In this document: piece by piece, positions 28,560-39,200 of the stretch
How the letters are laid out: every line of letters begins with the position of its first letter
How positions within the stretch are numbered: the first letter of the stretch is position 1
Assembly (NCBI GenBank): GCA_964508285.1
Contig: CAZDSY010000001.1
Coordinates: 9,850-73,849 of the forward strand
DNA: 64,000 nt
Reading direction: 5' to 3'
Origin: an uncultured Paludibacter sp.
GTDB taxonomy: Bacteria; Bacteroidota; Bacteroidia; Bacteroidales; Paludibacteraceae
Translations under genes and position numbers: made by a program
The notes under the pieces: model-generated
Told to the model about the DNA's origin: nothing
The model's database searches: none
Seen by the model: the letters and a program-made list of their open reading frames with translations, nothing else

Positions 28560-28985
28560 ATGCCAACACCAGTTTCTGAATGTCTTTACTGCAGTAATCT
28601 ACCTATTCTGCATGAATTAATGATAAAAATTGCCGATTTGCAGGTATCACAACTTTTTCTTTTCAAAGAGCAATCGCATCCCGGAAGAGTAAATGTGGTT
28701 TATAATCATCATGGAGTAGAGTTTCATGAACTATCTGACGATGAACGAAATAAATTTATGCAAGATGTGGCGCAAGCAGCCAATACGGTTCAAAAAAGTT
28801 TCAATCCTGATAAAATTAATTACGGTGCTTTTGCCAATAAACTTTCGCATCTGCATTTTCATTTAGTGCCCAAATATGTAGAGGGTTACAATTTTGGAGG
28901 AGTTATTGAAATGAATCCGCAGAAAACGTATTTGACTGATGAACAATATCTGCAAAGTATAAAGCTGATAAAAAGTAAACTCTGA
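28560..28985 (+). CDS. HIT-family protein
   Basis: CLYC, PDKINYG, HLHFHLVPKY histidine triad. Confidence 0.85.
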   Translation: MPTPVSECLYCSNLPILHELMIKIADLQVSQLFLFKEQSHPGRVNVVYNHHGVEFHELSDDERNKFMQDVAQAANTVQKSFNPDKINYGAFANKLSHLHFHLVPKYVEGYNFGGVIEMNPQKTYLTDEQYLQSIKLIKSKL

Positions 28986-29010
28986 TGACCCTGTGTTATC
29001 AGTTTTTTTT
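28982..29010 (+). terminator. Rho-independent terminator
   Basis: ctgatgac-cctgt-gttatcag followed by a T-tract. Confidence 0.6.
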
Positions 29011-29115
29011 GCTTTAATTGTATTATGCAGATTTAAATATTTCATAAATAATAAGTTACAAAAATCAAGTTTTATCGTCAGGATTTTATAATTGAATTTT
29101 TTCACAATCCGGATT

Positions 29116-31737
29116 ATGAACAGTACCAAAAAAATATCACCCGCCAGGCTGTGCAGCACTTTATTGATATTTTTATTTTCTTATTTTCTTATTTTTCCAA
29201 TTTCCGCATCAAATTCAGTTGCCGGATTTTTCCCGCTCGAAGGCAGCGGTCGGCAGATTTATAACTTCAACAATGGCTGGCGTTTTGTGCGTGGCGATGT
29301 GAAAAACGCTGAAAAAACAGATTTTGATGATAAAGCGTGGGAAGTTGTAGCCGTACCGCACACCGTGCAGCTTATGCCTGCCGAAGCGAGTGGAAACCGG
29401 AATTATCAGGGAATAGCATGGTATCGGAAACGATTTATTGTGCCCGCCGATGCTAAGGGAAAAGATGTACTTCTACACTTTGAAGCCATCATGGGAAAAC
29501 AAAAATTCTTTTTTAACGGTAAATTGATAAAAGAAAATAAAGGCGGATATTTGCCGGTTACAATTGATATTACTTCCTTTGGTGCACAAGCCGGCGATAC
29601 TTGTCTATTAGCTGTTCACGCTGATAACAGCGACGACCGCAGCTATCCGCCCGGGAAAACCCAACTTACGCTCGATTTTGCTTATCATGGTGGAATGTAT
29701 CGCGATGTGTGGATGATTTGTAAAAATAAAGTGGCCATAACCGATGCCATCGAAGCCAATAAAGTAGCGGGTGGTGGAGTTTTTGTGCATTACGATAATA
29801 TCAGCTCCAAAAGTGCGGATGTTTTTATCGATACTGAAATTAAAAATAACGATAATAAAAGTCGAACAATTTCGCTTGAATCTCTTATTGAAGATAAATC
29901 CGGAAAAACAATTAAAACTTTAAGTTCGAAACTTTTGCTGAAACCCGGCGAAACGAAAACTGTAAAACAAAAAACTACGGTTGTAAATCCGCAGCTTTGG
30001 TCGCCCGAAAATCCGTATTTATATCATTTAAATATTTTGGTAAAAGATGGAAAAAATGCTATTGATGGCGGAATAGTGCGAATTGGCATACGTAAGGCTG
30101 AGTTCAGGGGGAAAGAAGGATTTTATCTGAATGATAAACCTTACGGACAATTAATTGGCGGAAATCGCCATCAGGATTTTGCTTACGTGGGCAACGCTGT
30201 ACCAAATTCACAGCAATGGCGTGATGTGAAGCGCCTGCGCGATGCAGGAATGGTGATTGTGCGTGCGGCGCATTATCCGCAGGATCCGGCATTTATGGAT
30301 GCCTGTGATGAGTTGGGTATGTTTATGATTGTGCCTACTCCTGGTTGGCAGTTTTGGAACAAAGAACCGGAATTTGCTGAACTTTCTTATCGATATACGC
30401 TTGAAATGATACGTCGCGATCGCAATCATCCTTCGGTGCTGCTTTGGGAGCCCATTTTGAACGAAACACGCTTTCCTAAAGACTTTTCGCTGAAAGCTTT
30501 ACAAATTACCAAAGATGAATTTCCATATCCCGGACGACCCGGCGCTGCTGCCGATATGCATTCGGAAGGTGTGGCTGAAAATTACGATGTGGTTTATGGA
30601 TGGCCTACCGACGAGGGAAAAGCAAAGCAATCAATATTTTGCAGGGAATTTGGCGAAAATGTTGACGATTGGTACGCGCACAACAATAACAATCGCGCCA
30701 GTCGCAGTTGGGGCGAAAAACCGCAACAAGTTCAGGCGCTTTCATTAGCAAAATCTTATGAAGAAATGTATCGCTCCTCCGGACAGTTTGTTGGGGGAGC
30801 ACAATGGCATCCGTTCGATCATCAGCGCGGCTATCATCCTGATCCGTATTGGGGCGGAATTTGCGATGCTTTCCGACAGCCGAAGTACGCTTATTTTATG
30901 TTTAAAAGTCAGGTAAATCCACATCTGAAAGTTGAAAATGTGCAAACCGGACCCATGGTTTTTGTTATGAACGAAATAACGCCTTTTTCAGATAAGGATG
31001 TGATTGTTTTCAGCAATTGTGATTCGGTGCGTCTGACAATTTATGAAGATAAAGTCATAACCAAACCCGTATTGCGTGAAAAAGGAAAAATTCCCTACGC
31101 TCCGGTTGTTTTCGAAAATGTGTTTGATTTTTGGGAAGCCCGTGAATTATCGTACAAACAGAAAAACTGGCAAAAAGTAAGTTTTTTGGCAGAAGGAATA
31201 ATTGATGGAAAAGTGGTTTGCAGTGAAAAGAAAATGCCTTCACGCCGTTCAACAAAAATTCGTTTGACGATAGACAAACTTGGAAAAGAATTAGTTGCTG
31301 ATGGATCTGATTTTGTGGTTGTAGTTGCAGAAATTACGGACGATAATGGCAACGTTCGCCGACTTGCAAAAGAAAATATTGTTTTTGAAGTAACGGGTGA
31401 AGGCGAAATTATCGGCGACCAAACCATTGGAGCAAATCCGCGTGCCGTGGAATGGGGCTCAGCGCCTGTGTTAATACGTTCGACTACAAAGGCCGGAAAA
31501 ATAAAAGTGAAAGCGCACGCCCAATTTGAAGGGACACATACACCGACTGCTGCCGAAATCGAGTTTGAAAGTATTCCCACTGATATTTCATTTAATTACA
31601 TTGAACAACAAGCGGGCAAAAAAACCGGGAATAAATTCGATAGAAAACAGTTGAAAATTGATTTGACCGATGAGCAAAAGAGAAAACTGCTCGACGAAGT
31701 TGAAAAACAACAAACGGAGTTTGGGATTCAGAAATAA
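29116..31737 (+). CDS. Glycoside hydrolase family 2
   Basis: Signal peptide, FNNGWRF, GGMYRDV, LWSPENPYLY, NRHQD, RAAHYPQ, CDELG, DRNHPS, NE acid/base, EFG nucleophile. Confidence 0.9.
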   Translation: MNSTKKISPARLCSTLLIFLFSYFLIFPISASNSVAGFFPLEGSGRQIYNFNNGWRFVRGDVKNAEKTDFDDKAWEVVAVPHTVQLMPAEASGNRNYQGIAWYRKRFIVPADAKGKDVLLHFEAIMGKQKFFFNGKLIKENKGGYLPVTIDITSFGAQAGDTCLLAVHADNSDDRSYPPGKTQLTLDFAYHGGMYRDVWMICKNKVAITDAIEANKVAGGGVFVHYDNISSKSADVFIDTEIKNNDNKSRTISLESLIEDKSGKTIKTLSSKLLLKPGETKTVKQKTTVVNPQLWSPENPYLYHLNILVKDGKNAIDGGIVRIGIRKAEFRGKEGFYLNDKPYGQLIGGNRHQDFAYVGNAVPNSQQWRDVKRLRDAGMVIVRAAHYPQDPAFMDACDELGMFMIVPTPGWQFWNKEPEFAELSYRYTLEMIRRDRNHPSVLLWEPILNETRFPKDFSLKALQITKDEFPYPGRPGAAADMHSEGVAENYDVVYGWPTDEGKAKQSIFCREFGENVDDWYAHNNNNRASRSWGEKPQQVQALSLAKSYEEMYRSSGQFVGGAQWHPFDHQRGYHPDPYWGGICDAFRQPKYAYFMFKSQVNPHLKVENVQTGPMVFVMNEITPFSDKDVIVFSNCDSVRLTIYEDKVITKPVLREKGKIPYAPVVFENVFDFWEARELSYKQKNWQKVSFLAEGIIDGKVVCSEKKMPSRRSTKIRLTIDKLGKELVADGSDFVVVVAEITDDNGNVRRLAKENIVFEVTGEGEIIGDQTIGANPRAVEWGSAPVLIRSTTKAGKIKVKAHAQFEGTHTPTAAEIEFESIPTDISFNYIEQQAGKKTGNKFDRKQLKIDLTDEQKRKLLDEVEKQQTEFGIQK

Positions 31738-31768
31738 AAGCTCATCACGCAAAGAATAACATATTAAA

Positions 31769-31808
31769 TATAAAACCTGATAACCGGCATTGCTTATCAG
31801 GTTTTATA
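31769..31808. terminator. Probable bidirectional terminator between convergent GH2 and GH28
   Basis: 15-bp stem tataaaacctgataa/ttatcaggttttata, enclosed by an outer IR catcacgcaa (31743) / ttgcgtgatg (31839). Confidence 0.7.
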
Positions 31809-31877
31809 CTTTTGAAGGAACAGTCGTGCTTTACTTTATTGCGTGATGGCGTTACTGAAAACTTACGTAGTACAACA

Positions 31878-33209
31878 TCATGGTATTTTCAATTCCTCTC
31901 CATTCACAATTACACCGGTCAGTTTCACTCGTTCGCAGTTAATAAATTCACTTTTCTGCTTAGCTCCGTGAATATCGATGTTTGAAATAGTAATATCCGT
32001 TATGGGCGATTCTTCGAGACCGCGGATATAAATTGGCGTTTTCACATCAACTCCGGTTAAATTGCTGATATGAATGTTGCGGAAAATGGGTGTACGTTCA
32101 GAAAGTGGTTCTTCAGGCATTTTGCTGTATTTTAAATCCAGAATAATAGCTTCCTGTAGAATGTTGCGCATAACAATGTTGTTTACACGAATATTTTCCA
32201 CCACACCTCCACGTCCACGTGTGGATTTAAGGCGAATGCCACGATCGGTGCCATCGAATACGCAATTTGAAATAGTTATGTTCCGAACGCTACCGCTCAT
32301 TTCGCTGCCGATAACCACTCCGCCATGTCCTGAGAGCATAGTGCAATTGGTTATGGTAATATTTTCGCAGGGTACGTTCAGTTTTCGCCCCTGTAAATCA
32401 CGGCCGCTTTTGATGGTGATACAGTCATCGCCAACTGAAATATGGCAATCGGAAATATGCACATTACGGCACGATTCGGGATTGATTCCGTCCGTATTTG
32501 GCGATTTTGGGTTGATAATGGTTAGTCCGGTTATTTTAATATTTTCGCTAAACTGTGGATTAACCGTCCAAAACGGCGAATTAACTATGGTAACACCTTC
32601 AATTTTAATATTTTTACAACGCAAAGTTTGTATAAACGGAGGGCGGAAAAACCTGCGTTGCAGTGTACTGACATAATCTTCATTCGTTTCATCATAAAGG
32701 CTTTTAACATCATTAGCTTCGTCCCACATTTTCTGGTATTTATTTACTTCGCGAATACCGTTGTCTTTTAAATCAATCATAACTTTAAAAAGTTCGTCCC
32801 ACCATTTTTTACCTTGTCCTTCCAGTTTCCCTTCGCCATTAATGGTAATGTTTTCGGCGTCCACAGCATAAATCAGTGGCGAAAAACTTTTCATCATTAC
32901 GCCTTCGTAGCGCATTTCAACGAAAGGCAGATAGTCATCGAAATTATCTGAGAAAAGCAGAGTAGCGCCTGCTTCCAAGTGAAGTGTGATGTTGCTTTTC
33001 ATTTTTATTGCACCTGTAAGATAAGTTCCTGCCGGGAAAAACAAAGTTCCGCCTCCATTGGCATTTAATTTATCAATCGTTTTATTGATAAGTACGGTGT
33101 TCAGTTTTTTACCTGAGGCATCAGCGCCCGCTTTTTTCATATCGATTAAAGCGGCATTTGTAATTAAAATGCTCCAAAATGAAAATAGAAGTACAAGAAT
33201 TTGTTTCAT
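31878..33209 (-). CDS. Glycoside hydrolase family 28 (galacturonidase)
   Basis: NTDG, GDD, GHGG, RLKS motifs; signal peptide. Confidence 0.92.
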   Translation of the reverse strand: MKQILVLLFSFWSILITNAALIDMKKAGADASGKKLNTVLINKTIDKLNANGGGTLFFPAGTYLTGAIKMKSNITLHLEAGATLLFSDNFDDYLPFVEMRYEGVMMKSFSPLIYAVDAENITINGEGKLEGQGKKWWDELFKVMIDLKDNGIREVNKYQKMWDEANDVKSLYDETNEDYVSTLQRRFFRPPFIQTLRCKNIKIEGVTIVNSPFWTVNPQFSENIKITGLTIINPKSPNTDGINPESCRNVHISDCHISVGDDCITIKSGRDLQGRKLNVPCENITITNCTMLSGHGGVVIGSEMSGSVRNITISNCVFDGTDRGIRLKSTRGRGGVVENIRVNNIVMRNILQEAIILDLKYSKMPEEPLSERTPIFRNIHISNLTGVDVKTPIYIRGLEESPITDITISNIDIHGAKQKSEFINCERVKLTGVIVNGEELKIP

Positions 33210-33234
33210 ATAATAAAAATTAAAATGTAAGTAT

Positions 33235-33418
33235 TTCTACTTTACCATATTCAAAGATTAACCACATAAGAACACATAAGGAAGAAAAAAAGAATAAACA
33301 TGTTATATTAAAAAAACAGTTTCATTGTTGATAATTATTTCTAATGTTGACTTATGTGTTCTTATATGGTTCAAATATCTTTAATAATTTGTTTGTGTTT
33401 AAATTTAGTAAAGTAGAA
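33235..33418. mobile_element. MITE-like element with nested inverted repeats
   Basis: Outer IR ttctactttac/gtaaagtagaa; inner 21-bp IR aaccacataagaacacataag / cttatgtgttcttatatggtt (1 mismatch). Confidence 0.5.
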
Positions 33419-33473
33419 GTATGAACAAAGATAAATAAATCAATACACTATAAGGATGTTGAAGAAACATAAA

Positions 33474-36284
33474 CTAATAAATCTCCGTCGAAAAACTATA
33501 TTTTCCACCTTTTACGGTTTTTGGGACTTTTTCGCCCGGCAAATAAACTTCCGCTGTGGTATTATACGGTACTGAAACATCCATAATAAAACGTTTATTT
33601 TCAATTCTCCAGTTCACTGTTATTTTTCCAAAAAGACTTTCGGTTGAAGCTCTCACAAAAGTTATATCGCCCACTATTTCGGGTTTAATAATGAAGTGTT
33701 TCATTCCCGGAATTTTCGGGTCGATCTGAATTCCTGCCAATGATGCAAAAAACCATTCGTCGATATGTCCGAGCATAAAATGATTCCACGAAGCACCTCT
33801 TCGGGGATCCCATTGTTCGGTAAGTGTGGTAGCGCCAAATTTCAACTGAAAGCCATAGCCTGGTGCATCGTAATGGTTAAACATTTTATACATCAACTCA
33901 TTCAGACCATTTGTAGCTAAAGCTTGATACAAATACCGGCTGCCAATATCGCCTGTAGTTAATCTATTACCATGCGATTCAATATCTTTTACCAGATTAC
34001 GAAGTACTGCTTCGCGATTTTCGGGCTCAACAATTTCCATATACACAGCCATGGCATTGGCAGTTTGACTTCCGGTGGTGTATTGTTTTGTTTCCGTGTT
34101 GAAAAATTTCGTATTCAGCACTTCCCGAACCTTTTCCGCTAAAGCAGCATAATGAGCTGCATCGAAATTGTTTCCTACCAAATCAGCCGATTTTGCAAGA
34201 TATTTTAACGCGTAAAAGTAATATGCCGTTGCCACAAAAGGTACGGGAGTATTGCGCGAATAACCCGCTTTAAAATCACCATAATCGTACCAGTCGCCCA
34301 AACCAAACGAAAGTACGTGGTTATCTGCACGCGAAGTCATATAATCAACCCAACGGCGCATAGCCTGATAATTTTCAGTTATCATCGATGCATCACCATA
34401 AAAATAATAATACATCCATGGAAGAAAAATAATTGAACTTCCCCATTCGGGCGAAACGCCAAATTCGTCAAATCCATTTTTATTTCCAAAAATATTATAC
34501 ATGGGCGCGATTGACGAAACTGCACCATCGGGCTGCTGTGCATCTACCATATCCTGCATTATCTTTGGTAAAAAATCCACCAGATTATAATTATACATCA
34601 ATACCTGACCGTTCAGATGTAATTGCTCAATCCAACCTAATTTTTCGCGTTGCGGACAGTCGGTAAAAACAGCCTGCATATTACTTTGAACTGCTTTATG
34701 AATTAAAGTATGCGTTTTATTGAATAATTCGTTGGAACACTCAAATGTTGAGGTTTGCGGAGCGGAATTGTAAACAAAGCACGATTTTAAATCCTTTAAA
34801 ACAGGTAATTTTCGTGGATTTTTATCTCCTTTCAAAACTGCGCCTTCCACCTGAATATATCTGAAACCGTAATATGAAAAACGAGGATGCCATGTTTCAT
34901 CGCCTTCGCCTTTTAAAATGTAGGTATAATAATGCGGACGACCGGTTTGTCGTTGATCTACCGCGCCTTCGGGAAAAACAGATTCGCCGACAAATATTTT
35001 TATCGAATCGCCTTTTTTGCCGTTCACTGTAATTTCGGGATAGCCGGAGAGATTCTGAGCCATATCAAAAACCATTGACCTCGCCCCCCAGCCCCCTGAA
35101 GGGGGAGTTTTGGTAAGTTTCCCGAGACTGTCTTTGTATATATAAGTGACTTTTTTTCTATCAAAATTGATTTTCTCCATAATTTTTATAGGACTGCCTT
35201 GTTGTGGTTCTAATTTTCCTTTTGGAGCTTCCTGAATTACTACAGGTTTCCAGTTCAAGTCATTGAATCCGGGTTGATTCCATCCTTTCTGTTCTAATTG
35301 CGCATCGTAATCCTCGCCGCCGTAAATATCGTTGAAAGTTATGGGGCTGAAAGCATATTTCCAGCTTTTGTCCGAAATTATTTCTTCGGTAGAGTTGTCG
35401 GAATATCTGATTATTGTTTTGAAGAATAGGGTAGGAGCGCCGAATGAAACTTTCAGTTTGCTGTAACGACCGCCCTGAGCATTGAAAAAGCCATTCCCGA
35501 GAAGAACGCCAAACACATTTTCTCCTTTTGTAAGAAAAGAAGTTACATCGAAAGTGTTGTAATAAACAGTTTTATCGTAATCGCTCCAAAAGGGCGCAAA
35601 TTCGCCATCGCCTACTTTCTTTCCATTGATTGTAAGTTCGTAATGACCCAAACCACAAATGTATGTAATGGCGTCTTTGATTTCTTTTTTTGCTACAAAT
35701 GGTTTACGCAGAATGATACTTTTGCGTGAAACAGGATCGATGTTTTTCCAAACATCTTTGTATTCTTGCGTTCCCATTTCCCAACTCAGAAAGCGTTTCC
35801 CGGCAGGAATTCGGGCTGAATCGGAGCGTATGGCGCCAATCCAAACCTCACCCCGACCCTCTCCTAAAGGAGAGGGAGAATGAGTATATTGAAATTCAGG
35901 AGCAACACGAAAGTTTGAATAGGCAGACCAATAGGAAGTTTTATCCTTTTCATCCCAAATACGAACGCGCCATTGGTATTTTTGTCCGGGTTTTAAAGCT
36001 TCGCCATAATATTGAATAAACTGACAACTATTTGAATAAATTATGCCCGATTTCCATTTGAGATTTTCTCCGGTTACCTCAATTTCGTATGCTTTTTGGG
36101 TGAATTCATTTCCAGCAGATGAAAATTGCCAGCCAAAACGAGGTTGAAAGGTGTTAACTGATAAGGGATTTTGCTGAAAATCGCAGGTGAGATGGGTAAT
36201 TTCTACAGCATAAATAACTTTCGCTGCCAAAAGTAAGGTTGAAAATATTAAACTTCTAAGTATTGAATTGTTAAAACAACGCAT
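33474..36284 (-). CDS. Alpha-L-rhamnosidase, GH78
   Basis: GLGHYE, GEDYDA, FSYYGFRY, TDCPQREKLGW, GDW, GATTLTEQW, SWNHFMLG; likely start ATG 36284 overlapping the upstream gene. Confidence 0.92.
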   Translation of the reverse strand: MRCFNNSILRSLIFSTLLLAAKVIYAVEITHLTCDFQQNPLSVNTFQPRFGWQFSSAGNEFTQKAYEIEVTGENLKWKSGIIYSNSCQFIQYYGEALKPGQKYQWRVRIWDEKDKTSYWSAYSNFRVAPEFQYTHSPSPLGEGRGEVWIGAIRSDSARIPAGKRFLSWEMGTQEYKDVWKNIDPVSRKSIILRKPFVAKKEIKDAITYICGLGHYELTINGKKVGDGEFAPFWSDYDKTVYYNTFDVTSFLTKGENVFGVLLGNGFFNAQGGRYSKLKVSFGAPTLFFKTIIRYSDNSTEEIISDKSWKYAFSPITFNDIYGGEDYDAQLEQKGWNQPGFNDLNWKPVVIQEAPKGKLEPQQGSPIKIMEKINFDRKKVTYIYKDSLGKLTKTPPSGGWGARSMVFDMAQNLSGYPEITVNGKKGDSIKIFVGESVFPEGAVDQRQTGRPHYYTYILKGEGDETWHPRFSYYGFRYIQVEGAVLKGDKNPRKLPVLKDLKSCFVYNSAPQTSTFECSNELFNKTHTLIHKAVQSNMQAVFTDCPQREKLGWIEQLHLNGQVLMYNYNLVDFLPKIMQDMVDAQQPDGAVSSIAPMYNIFGNKNGFDEFGVSPEWGSSIIFLPWMYYYFYGDASMITENYQAMRRWVDYMTSRADNHVLSFGLGDWYDYGDFKAGYSRNTPVPFVATAYYFYALKYLAKSADLVGNNFDAAHYAALAEKVREVLNTKFFNTETKQYTTGSQTANAMAVYMEIVEPENREAVLRNLVKDIESHGNRLTTGDIGSRYLYQALATNGLNELMYKMFNHYDAPGYGFQLKFGATTLTEQWDPRRGASWNHFMLGHIDEWFFASLAGIQIDPKIPGMKHFIIKPEIVGDITFVRASTESLFGKITVNWRIENKRFIMDVSVPYNTTAEVYLPGEKVPKTVKGGKYSFSTEIY
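35078..35110 (+). repeat. GC-rich palindromic element in frame inside GH78
   Basis: cctcgccccccag-ccccc-tgaa-ggggg-agttt; encodes KTPPSGGWGAR on the minus strand. Confidence 0.7.
35843..35878 (+). repeat. GC-rich palindromic element in frame inside GH78
   Basis: aaacctcaccccga-ccctctcc-taaa-ggagaggg-ag; encodes SPSPLGEGRGEV on the minus strand. Confidence 0.75.
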
Positions 36285-39200
36285 CTTGAATGATAAGTTT
36301 AGATAATGTTGAAGCATAGCCCACTTCTTTTCCATTTATTAATACCCTGAGTCCTTTTCCCAAATGATATTTATCACCGTTTTTATCCCAAACTATGGTC
36401 AGATTTTTGCCATGATAAAGTACATTATCTAAGCAAAACCAATTCCATTTTCCGGGAGGGAGTAAAGGATTAATTTCGATAGTATTGTCGCTGCGAGGAC
36501 GTAACCCAACCAATCCAGTGATTATTAAATCGTTAAAAGTAGAGTGATTATAATACCTGCTGCGTTCTTGATCACCTTTAAGCCAGTATCCGGTAACTTC
36601 ATCCAGGTATTCACCAATGTATGGTCGACCGCGATGGTATTGTGATTCGACATATTTTTCCAACTGACTGAAATAAACACTGTCCGATTTAAATTTCGTC
36701 GGATTGTCTTGCATAAAGTTAGCCATGGCAGTGAGTGTTTGCGAAGTAGCAAAAGGCCAAACGGCACCGTCCCATTCACATTTGCCTACCCCTCGTGTGC
36801 GGAATTCGGGGTGACGACGTTCGGCTGTTGTAATTCCATAAGGTGATGAGAACCCTTTGTCATCACCCAACTGTAACCATGCATTGTCGTATTTTTCAGC
36901 ATCGGGCAAATTAAAATACCATGGAATGTAACCGATAGCCTCGCGTACATTAGCCAAACTATCGATACGCAAAGTTTCAAAAAATTCATGACGAGTATTC
37001 CAGAGTTTGGTTTGTACGAGGTTTTTTATTGTGTCGGCTTTCAGTTTGTAGTGCTTTGATTTTTCTGCATTTCCTGCCAAAGCGAATATTGTTTCCAAAG
37101 CTTTTGCATTCCCATACATATAACTGCTTATTGTGGGTCTTGCATACTGTTTTCTTCGTCCGCCACTTATCGATTCTTCCATCCCATCTTGTACATCGCC
37201 TTGCCAAAAAAGTCCGCTTTTCAACCTGTGAGTCGATTCCCATCGCCTATATTCCGCTTCCAAATCGGGTAACATGTTAAGAAGAAAGGACGTATCGCCT
37301 GTTACTAAAAATTTTTTCAGTTGAGCATCGATTTTCCACGAACTGAAATTCATCATTTTTGTCATCGGTTTTCCCTCGTTTCCACGATACCATGTACGAA
37401 TAATTTGATTAAGATATGTGGTGTCGCGCAGCCAACGACTTTCGTAAATGTGATGTCCTAATGCACATGAAATAAGGTTATATTTATCGGCATAACTTCG
37501 GTTTACAAGAAATTCGGTCATGCCAAAACCCACTGGTGTTTGTTTTATATGTTTACGTAAAGTCCACCAGCGGTAGTAAAACATTTGCTCGAAATTATGC
37601 TGAGGACATTCAAAAAGTGGAATGTTCTTTTCCATCCATTCTGCTGATTGTGCATTAGGAATTGCCTGTACAATATTTTCATCTTCCATTCGGTTGAAAT
37701 AATCGATGTAATGTTTGAAATCGGAAAATTTCAACACGGCAGCTGTACTGTTCACATCCAACGATTCGGTTTTAAAGTCCGCAATCCGATACACGTTAAG
37801 AGGTGCTTGTTCCCCTGCAATGGGCAAATCATATTCCTGATCGGCAGGTGTATCGGGAGTGGGGAATGTTCTCGGTTCGCCTGTTGTAAACGAAATCCGT
37901 TCGATGGCTGCAACCGGAGCATAAAACATGCGAGTTCCTGCAAGTTTTCCATCGACAAAGATTTTGATGTTTCGGTTATCGACGGATAAAAGCGATTCAA
38001 CTTTATAAATTTTATTTGGCTCGTATTTCATAAAGTTACTGTAACGTGCACCGCCTTTCATTCGGAAAACACTATCGGGCATAAACTCAAGTCGTGAACA
38101 GGCTATTCCTTTGTCATCGAGAAATTCGATGCGTAAAATTCCTTTATCAGCCTGTGAAGTTTGTACAAGAAACGAAACTTTTAATTCTTTCGATGCAGGA
38201 ATTTTTCGTTCAACTTTGGCGTAGTCGAAAGGATCTTTGTCTGATAATGTCAACCAGTTTTTTCCGTTAACTTTTTCTAGTGAAACGGGTGCCCAAAGAG
38301 GCGAATAAATATTCCATTCGGTTAAGTCATTAATTTTTTCGTAATTGTCAAAATTATCGTTCGCGTGAGCAGTGGGTTTTATCTTTACAGGCACCGGAAT
38401 GCGTGAAAGCCACATATCTTCTTTGTTTACACTGTAAGCTACCCAGAGATTTTTGTCGTAAGGAATACCATTTCCTTCCTGAATTCCACGCACATATTGT
38501 GGCCCGTACGATTTATAATTTCCCCCATAACGCATGGGAGTAATTTCGCCGTGTACTAAGTTCAATGTTGTGTAATTGAGTCCATCGGCCGACGTGGAAA
38601 TTGCCAAAGGCCAGCGAAACTCCGAAGGGTTATACACAGTGGCATAACTTCCATCGGACAAACGTTGTCCCCAAATTTTAGCGTTACTGTTTACAAAACC
38701 TTTGGCACGTTCTACGGGTTCTGCCCATGTTTTACCACCATCTTCACTAATCGAAGTGAGTGCATGTTTCCAAAGACAAGCTACTTTCCCATCGGGTAAA
38801 TGATAGAAATTGAAGGCTTTATATTCTTTTTTCAAAGGGATTAACGGATCATCGCGGTCGGCTTCTTCTACCCATTGCATCATATAAAGCGGATTGTCCA
38901 AAATTTCCTGACAAGCTGCACGGAATACTTTGTCCTTACTTTTTGTAAAGAAGGGGAAATTGGTGTTTTTTTCATTGAAAGCACGATTATAACGCAGGAA
39001 ATAAATCGGTCCAAATGTCCCATCTTTTTTAATTTCGCGCACCACACGTCCGATACCGTTACCATCATTCGGGTCATCTTTTTTGTCGAGTGCCACGCCG
39101 TAATACGCCAACGTCAACAATTTCCCCGATTTAGAAACATAAAATCCTACCCGTTGATGCATAATGGCAGTCAGATTTTTAGCAACGCCGGGATAATTGG

